Part shown: piece after piece, positions 56,404 to 61,268 of the stretch
Position numbering within the stretch: the first letter of the stretch is position 1
Layout: each line of letters begins with the position of its first letter
DNA from: a virus
Lineage: Duplodnaviria > Caudoviricetes
IMG/VR virus record: IMGVR_UViG_3300044723_011313
Location: 2,942 to 66,941 of that record
Strand: one strand, 5' to 3'
Length of the DNA stretch: 64,000 nucleotides
Notes under the pieces: generated by a model
Database searches by the model: none
What the model was told of the DNA's origin: nothing
The model's input: the letters and a program-made list of their open reading frames with translations, nothing else
Program-made: the position numbers and the translations under genes

Positions 56404-56952
56404 ATGATTCTAGGATTAGACATTTCAACTAGTATTATTGGTATTACCATCTTGAACAAAGACGGCAATATTATACATACAGAAGCATTAGACCTGCGAA
56501 ATAAAAATCACTACCCAGATGTGTATAAGAAATACGAAAGAGTTTATGCTTATTTCTTGGAACTGAAGTTAGACTATAACTACAATTTCACACATATCTT
56601 CATTGAGCAAAGCCTACAAATGTTTCGCTCTGGTTTTTCCTCTGCAAAGACTTTATCAACACTTTCCTCGTTCAATGGGGTGGTTTCCTACCTTTGCTAC
56701 AGAGAACTAAAGAAGAAACCAGAGCACCTTTCAGCCGCTTCTGCTCGCAAATCCTGCGGTATCTCTATTCCAAAGGGGCAAAAAGCAAAAGAAGTGGTCG
56801 TTCGGTTTTTGCTTGACAACGAGCCCAAGTTTGTAGTAGAGTACACGAAATCAGGCAATCTCAAACCTAAATATTATGACATTGCCGATAGCATTGTAAT
56901 AGCAAAAGCAGGATACGAACTTGTCCAACAGCGAAAAGATAACAATCCTTAA
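56404..56952 (+). CDS. RuvC-like Holliday junction resolvase
   Basis: ILGLDISTSIIG (D), IFIEQ (E), DIADSIVIA (D-x2-D). Confidence 0.85.
   Translation: MILGLDISTSIIGITILNKDGNIIHTEALDLRNKNHYPDVYKKYERVYAYFLELKLDYNYNFTHIFIEQSLQMFRSGFSSAKTLSTLSSFNGVVSYLCYRELKKKPEHLSAASARKSCGISIPKGQKAKEVVVRFLLDNEPKFVVEYTKSGNLKPKYYDIADSIVIAKAGYELVQQRKDNNP
56813..56842 (+). promoter_or_regulatory. Possible sigma70 promoter inside the resolvase gene, driving the primase/early operon
   Basis: TTGACA (56813-56818), 18-nt spacer, TAGAGT (56837-56842), about 80 nt before the primase start. Confidence 0.3.
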
Positions 56953-57880
56953 AGATTTCCTCGGTGGCTACAACAAGTCAGGAGGCGAATATCTTTTCAC
57001 TTGCCCTAAATGTAATCACCATAAGAGAAAACTAAGTGTAAACATTGATAAAAATGTTTTCAAGTGTTGGATTTGTGAATACAGCGGCACTAATATTGGT
57101 CGCCTTGTTCGAAAGTATGCCGATTTCAATCTCAAAGCCAAATGGAAGGAGATTTCAGGTCAATACGAAATCGAGCAGTTTGACGAGATTATTGCCTCTC
57201 TCTTCCCTGAAGAAGAGGAAGAGTTGGACGAGATCGTAAAACTCCCAAATGAGTTCGTATCCCTCGCAAATAAAAGCAGATCTTTGCTTTCTACCAAAGC
57301 ACGGAACTACCTTACGAGACGAGGGATTACAGAAGAAGACATTTTGTTCTGGAAGATAGGATATTGCCCGAGCGGAGAATACGGAGGAAGAATTGTTATT
57401 CCTTCATTCAACGAAAATGGTGATTGCAACTATTTTATTGGCAGAACCTATCAGGGAGACTGGCGAAAGTACATGAATCCGCCAACTTCCAAGAGCAAAA
57501 TCATCTTTAATGAACTTTATATTGATTGGGATGAAGAATTAATCTTGACAGAGGGAGTATTTGATGCTATAGTCGCTGGGAAAAACTCGGTACCTATCTT
57601 GGGATCGTCGTTGAAGGAGCAATCTAAGTTGTTTAAAAGTATTATTTCTAATGATACGACAGTTTATGTTGCTTTGGATCCAGATGCCGAAGAGAAAGCA
57701 TCGGGTTTGATTGAAAACTTAATTAAATATGGTGCGGAAGTATACAAAATAGAAGTTGCTCCGTACAGTGATGTAGGCGAAATGCCGAAAAGAGAATTCC
57801 TTAAGAGGAAGAAAGCCGCTAGGCTTATGTCATCGGAAGATGCATTTTTACAAAAGTTTATCAGCAGTTTTAATTTTTAA
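56921..57880 (+). CDS. DNA primase (zinc-binding + Toprim domains)
   Basis: CPKC..SVN..FKCWIC zinc finger; YLTRRGI; RIVIP; GRT; KYMNP; TEGVFDA; ALDPDA. TTG start. Confidence 0.88.
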   Translation: MSNSEKITILKDFLGGYNKSGGEYLFTCPKCNHHKRKLSVNIDKNVFKCWICEYSGTNIGRLVRKYADFNLKAKWKEISGQYEIEQFDEIIASLFPEEEEELDEIVKLPNEFVSLANKSRSLLSTKARNYLTRRGITEEDILFWKIGYCPSGEYGGRIVIPSFNENGDCNYFIGRTYQGDWRKYMNPPTSKSKIIFNELYIDWDEELILTEGVFDAIVAGKNSVPILGSSLKEQSKLFKSIISNDTTVYVALDPDAEEKASGLIENLIKYGAEVYKIEVAPYSDVGEMPKREFLKRKKAARLMSSEDAFLQKFISSFNF

Positions 57881-57894
57881 TAAAGGAGAGTTTA

Positions 57895-58383
57895 ATGAGT
57901 CAATTGGAAGATATCCAACTTAGCGATGATACTTTGATTACCTTGACATATGAAGATGTCTACGAAGGTCGTCATTGTGATGATGAGTTTGAGCAATGGG
58001 CAGTGGAAAACACAAGCACAGTAGAAACTTTGGTTGAGGTAATCAATAGTGGTGTAAATGTTTTGGCTGTTTATGGCAACAAGCCCATTATGAACTCTGT
58101 TCCAGACTACATGGAGTCAGATTTTACTGAGGCTATGGAAGGAACAGAGGTTGGAAGCGAAGGATTTACTGAAAAACTTAGTGATTTCTTGACTTCTAAC
58201 TACATGGATATGGACAGTTTTATTGAACGAACTGTTGAGCAGTGGGATTACAAGGAAGGTTCTTGTACTGTTGCTGCGACCATTAAGGTCACACTAGGAG
58301 ATCTTCGTCAGAACGAAGAAGTATTTTCTGGTTGGACCGCTTCAGTGCCAATGGGAAAAGGCACTTTTACAACTGAACTATAA
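57895..58383 (+). CDS. Acidic hypothetical protein
   Basis: AAGGAG SD before ATG; no recognisable motif. Confidence 0.7.
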   Translation: MSQLEDIQLSDDTLITLTYEDVYEGRHCDDEFEQWAVENTSTVETLVEVINSGVNVLAVYGNKPIMNSVPDYMESDFTEAMEGTEVGSEGFTEKLSDFLTSNYMDMDSFIERTVEQWDYKEGSCTVAATIKVTLGDLRQNEEVFSGWTASVPMGKGTFTTEL

Positions 58384-58394
58384 AGGAGTTTATT

Positions 58395-58748
58395 TTGAAG
58401 AATTTATTTATTTTATTTACCGCTTTCACTTTTGCAGCAGCATTCATTGGCTGTGAAGAAGAGGAAGAAACTACTGTAGAAGAAGCAGCAGATGCTGCTG
58501 AAGGCGAGGAAGCCGCTGAAGAAGAAGCGGAAGAAGAGCCAGCAGAAGAAGAGGTAGAAGAAGAAGCCGAAGAGGAAGCCCCTGCTGAAGAAGAAGCAGA
58601 GGAAGAAGTCGAAGGCGAAGAGGCAGCAGAAGAAGAGGAAGAGGCTGAAGAAGAAGCCGATGCCGAAGAAGAAGTTGCCGAAGAAGATGCTACTGACGAA
58701 GAGGAAGTAGTTGAAGAAGAAGAAACTGAAGAAACCGAAGGAGAATAA
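58395..58748 (+). CDS. Poly-glutamate lipoprotein
   Basis: TTG start with AAGGAG SD; signal peptide MKNLFILFTAFTFAAAFIG-C; mature chain 58 Glu and 4 Asp in 97 residues, no Lys or Arg. Confidence 0.75.
   Translation: MKNLFILFTAFTFAAAFIGCEEEEETTVEEAADAAEGEEAAEEEAEEEPAEEEVEEEAEEEAPAEEEAEEEVEGEEAAEEEEEAEEEADAEEEVAEEDATDEEEVVEEEETEETEGE
58455..58745 (+). repeat. Coding low-complexity GAR/GCN repeat (A-EEE units)
   Basis: Imperfect tandem units such as GCN-GAA-GAA-GAR encoding (A/V)EEE. Confidence 0.8.
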
Positions 58749-58749
58749 C

Positions 58750-60369
58750 TTGAAGAACTTTTTTATTGCGACACTGATTGTTTTTGGATTGGCTGGCTGT
58801 GAAGACACAACCACACCAGAGGACACTACAACAGAGCAGACAACTGGTGTAAAGTTTACAGGAGCAAATGATAATGGCACAACAACCCCAGAAACTACTC
58901 CTGTCAGCACTACGACAGAAGAGGCTGGAACGACAAACGAAACTGGAACAGGCACAACTCCAACGGAAGTTGAAACTGGCACAGAGACGGAAGTTGAGCC
59001 AACCGAAACTGAAACTACTCCAGAAGAGTCTACTGAAACAGAGCAGGTAGAGGGTGTAACCCTCGCCGATCTGACGGCAGAAGATCTTGCTGAGATTGAA
59101 TCTCTAAGGCAAAATATCTTTGCTGGGATTAGTGTAGGTGAAGGTCTTTATGTAAATCAGGTAAATCTAGCCCTAGAAGATCTCGGTCTTTATGACGGAG
59201 GAACCCAATGGGGAGCAGAAGTAGATTTGCCAGAGGTTTCTAGTTGTCCTTTTGTTGAGTTTTATAACAATACAAAACCACTTTCAGAGGCTAGTTGCGA
59301 GTATTTGGTTGACCAAGCAAGGTCGAGTGCTTACTCTAAACTGGCAGCAGCACTACAAACTGAACGACAAAACTTCAACTCTGAACTATCAGAGCAGGAC
59401 TTTTGGTACGAGCAGGGTGCTATTAGTGGTCTAGAGAAAACCCGTGTTGTAATTCAAGTTCAAATGAAAACCGGAGGTCTTTGTAATCAAACCCCAACAG
59501 CAGTAGAGAGTTCTAAGGAAAAAGGGCTTGTTGTTGGTCGCCAGCATTTTATCAACACAATGAATAACTGGCTGACTACCAATGAATACAAGGCTGATTA
59601 TCCAGTAATGTCTGACCCTATCGAAGTATGTGATGCCAACATTGCTCTTCTCGACCCTGTTTATGATGAGGCTGTCAATACAATCTCGCAAGCAGTAACA
59701 AGCACTCCTCTGTGTCAGGATTTTGTCCCAACAGACGGAGACGAAGAGTTCTTGTATGCCCAAGCAAAAACCGACTTTTCCAATGCGGTTGAGCAGGGTA
59801 TTACAGATGAGTTTTCTTTGGCTGCTGTAAAGATTTTTGAAGTTGTCCCTTGTAATGTGTCAGACCCTATCGTTATCGACCTCAATGGTAATGGTAAGTT
59901 TGATGTGACTGCGATTGAAAAAGGTGTAAACTTTGCCATGACTGGTCGTCGTAGCCAAGCAGTATCTTGGGTAAACGGAGACGGTTTCCTGTTCTTTGAT
60001 GCTAACCAGAATGGATTAGCTGATAATGGCTTGGAACTTCTTGGAACAGACATCAAATCTAAGTCTGGTTTCGACCAACTTGCTTGGTTTGATACAAACA
60101 AAGACGGAACTTTCAGTTCGGCAGACAAGCAGTTTGACCAGTTCTTCGTGTGGAATGATGTAAACTCCAATGGAACTTGTGAAAAAACAGAAGTATTTAC
60201 TTTGAGTAAATTCAACATCACAAGCATTCCGTTGACTACACAGACTTCAAACACAGTTGTAAATGGAAACTTGGTCAAAACAACCGTTCGTGCTGCCACA
60301 ACCAAAGAAAATGCTAGTATTCTTATGGGAGATATAAACTTGCGATCAGCAGCTTATCCTCGCCTGTAA
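58750..60369 (+). CDS. Lipoprotein with Thr/Glu stalk, Cys-containing central domain and C-terminal FrpC-like self-processing module
   Basis: TTG 58750 with GGAG SD; MKNFFIATLIVFGLAG-C lipobox; D|PIVIDLNGNG at 59863-59895; DANQNGLADNGLELLG; DTNKDGTFSSAD; VWNDVNSNG..EVFTL; MGDINL. Confidence 0.8.
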   Translation: MKNFFIATLIVFGLAGCEDTTTPEDTTTEQTTGVKFTGANDNGTTTPETTPVSTTTEEAGTTNETGTGTTPTEVETGTETEVEPTETETTPEESTETEQVEGVTLADLTAEDLAEIESLRQNIFAGISVGEGLYVNQVNLALEDLGLYDGGTQWGAEVDLPEVSSCPFVEFYNNTKPLSEASCEYLVDQARSSAYSKLAAALQTERQNFNSELSEQDFWYEQGAISGLEKTRVVIQVQMKTGGLCNQTPTAVESSKEKGLVVGRQHFINTMNNWLTTNEYKADYPVMSDPIEVCDANIALLDPVYDEAVNTISQAVTSTPLCQDFVPTDGDEEFLYAQAKTDFSNAVEQGITDEFSLAAVKIFEVVPCNVSDPIVIDLNGNGKFDVTAIEKGVNFAMTGRRSQAVSWVNGDGFLFFDANQNGLADNGLELLGTDIKSKSGFDQLAWFDTNKDGTFSSADKQFDQFFVWNDVNSNGTCEKTEVFTLSKFNITSIPLTTQTSNTVVNGNLVKTTVRAATTKENASILMGDINLRSAAYPRL

Positions 60370-60383
60370 AACTAAAAAAATAC

Positions 60384-60412
60384 TTGACATTACAAAGCTC
60401 CTCTGCTACTAT
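60384..60412 (+). promoter_or_regulatory. Sigma70-type promoter with extended -10
   Basis: TTGACA (60384-60389), 17-nt spacer, TG-c-TACTAT (60404-60412); AGGAG SD and ATG 60443 downstream. Confidence 0.8.
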
Positions 60413-60428
60413 GTAGGGGAGCTTTTTT
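60394..60428 (+). terminator. Intrinsic terminator hairpin overlapping the promoter
   Basis: AAAGCTCCTCTGC / TACTAT / GTAGGGGAGCTTT (13 bp, 2 G-U) ending in a 6-T run, 25 nt after the lipoprotein stop. Confidence 0.7.
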
Positions 60429-60442
60429 ATTAGGAGAATAAA

Positions 60443-60910
60443 ATGTACTATGATGTGATTGTTCTAAGTGGAGGATTTGACCCAATGCATGTCGGTCACC
60501 TTCGTATGATCCAAGAATCTGCTAAAATGGCAGAGATTGTTATTGTCGGGGTGAACTCTGACGAATGGTTGATGAGAAAGAAGGGTTATATTTTTATGCC
60601 CCACGACGAAAGAGTTGAAATGGTACAAGGTACAAGGGGTGTATCAAAGGCTATGTCGTTTGACGACGACGATAACTCTGCCTGTGACCTTTTGCGAAAG
60701 GTTCGAGCATTGTGGCCTAACTTCAAGGTAGCATTTGCCAACGGAGGAGACAGAACTTCTGACAATATCCCAGAGATCCCAGTAGCAAAAGAACTAAATG
60801 TCCACCTTATTTGGGGAGTAGGCGGAGGAAAAATCCAAAGTTCTAGTGACTTGGTTGACGGTTTGGTTGGAACTTCTGCTCGTATCTATAAAGACAACCG
60901 AGAAGAATGA
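60443..60910 (+). CDS. HIGH-motif cytidylyltransferase, paralog of 2076-2576
   Basis: GGFDPMHVGH, VGVNSDEWLMRKKGY, FDDDD..ACD, FANGGDR. Confidence 0.82.
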   Translation: MYYDVIVLSGGFDPMHVGHLRMIQESAKMAEIVIVGVNSDEWLMRKKGYIFMPHDERVEMVQGTRGVSKAMSFDDDDNSACDLLRKVRALWPNFKVAFANGGDRTSDNIPEIPVAKELNVHLIWGVGGGKIQSSSDLVDGLVGTSARIYKDNREE

Positions 60911-61098
60911 AAGTTGGTGATTTAGTTTATTATCTAAGTCCAATAGGGCTACCAGAAGAAAATCCACTAGCAATCGTAGTGGAGATAGACGAAGAAAAGG
61001 ATGTTGCTTGGATAAGATGGATAGACAACAACCAGAAAGACATGATGCCAATAAAGTTTTTAGACATTCTCCAGCCTTCGAAGTCGGAGACCTCGTAA
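60907..61098 (+). CDS. Small KOW/SH3-fold protein
   Basis: MKVGDLVYY..LAIVVEID..AWIRW. Confidence 0.65.
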   Translation: MKVGDLVYYLSPIGLPEENPLAIVVEIDEEKDVAWIRWIDNNQKDMMPIKFLDILQPSKSETS

Positions 61099-61268
61099 TG
61101 GTAAAGGACAGTCTAGAAACTCTCGGCATAATCTCAGAAGTAAAAGGCAAAATACAAGGGGCTAATCATGATTGGAATAGGTACTATTACATGGTTATAC
61201 CAATGGGGTCAAAATACCCAGTTCCAGTGTGGAACAAAGAACTTGAATTAGTAAGGAAGGCAAAATGA
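61098..61268 (+). CDS. Small KOW/SH3-fold protein (start uncertain)
   Basis: TAATG coupling with GGAG 8 nt upstream; in-frame FEVGDLV precedes the ATG; ATGA overlap with the next gene. Confidence 0.55.
   Translation: MVKDSLETLGIISEVKGKIQGANHDWNRYYYMVIPMGSKYPVPVWNKELELVRKAK

Noticed and set aside
58455-58745. Non-coding microsatellite or phase-variation tract
   Set aside because: The repeat is in-frame, synonymously diversified (GAA/GAG) and follows a signal peptide, so it is protein-level low complexity.
58413-58982. 189-aa Phe/Val-rich minus-strand ORF that looks like a membrane protein
   Set aside because: It is the reverse complement of the GAA (Glu) and ACN (Thr) repeats of the two lipoproteins; the hydrophobicity is an artefact.
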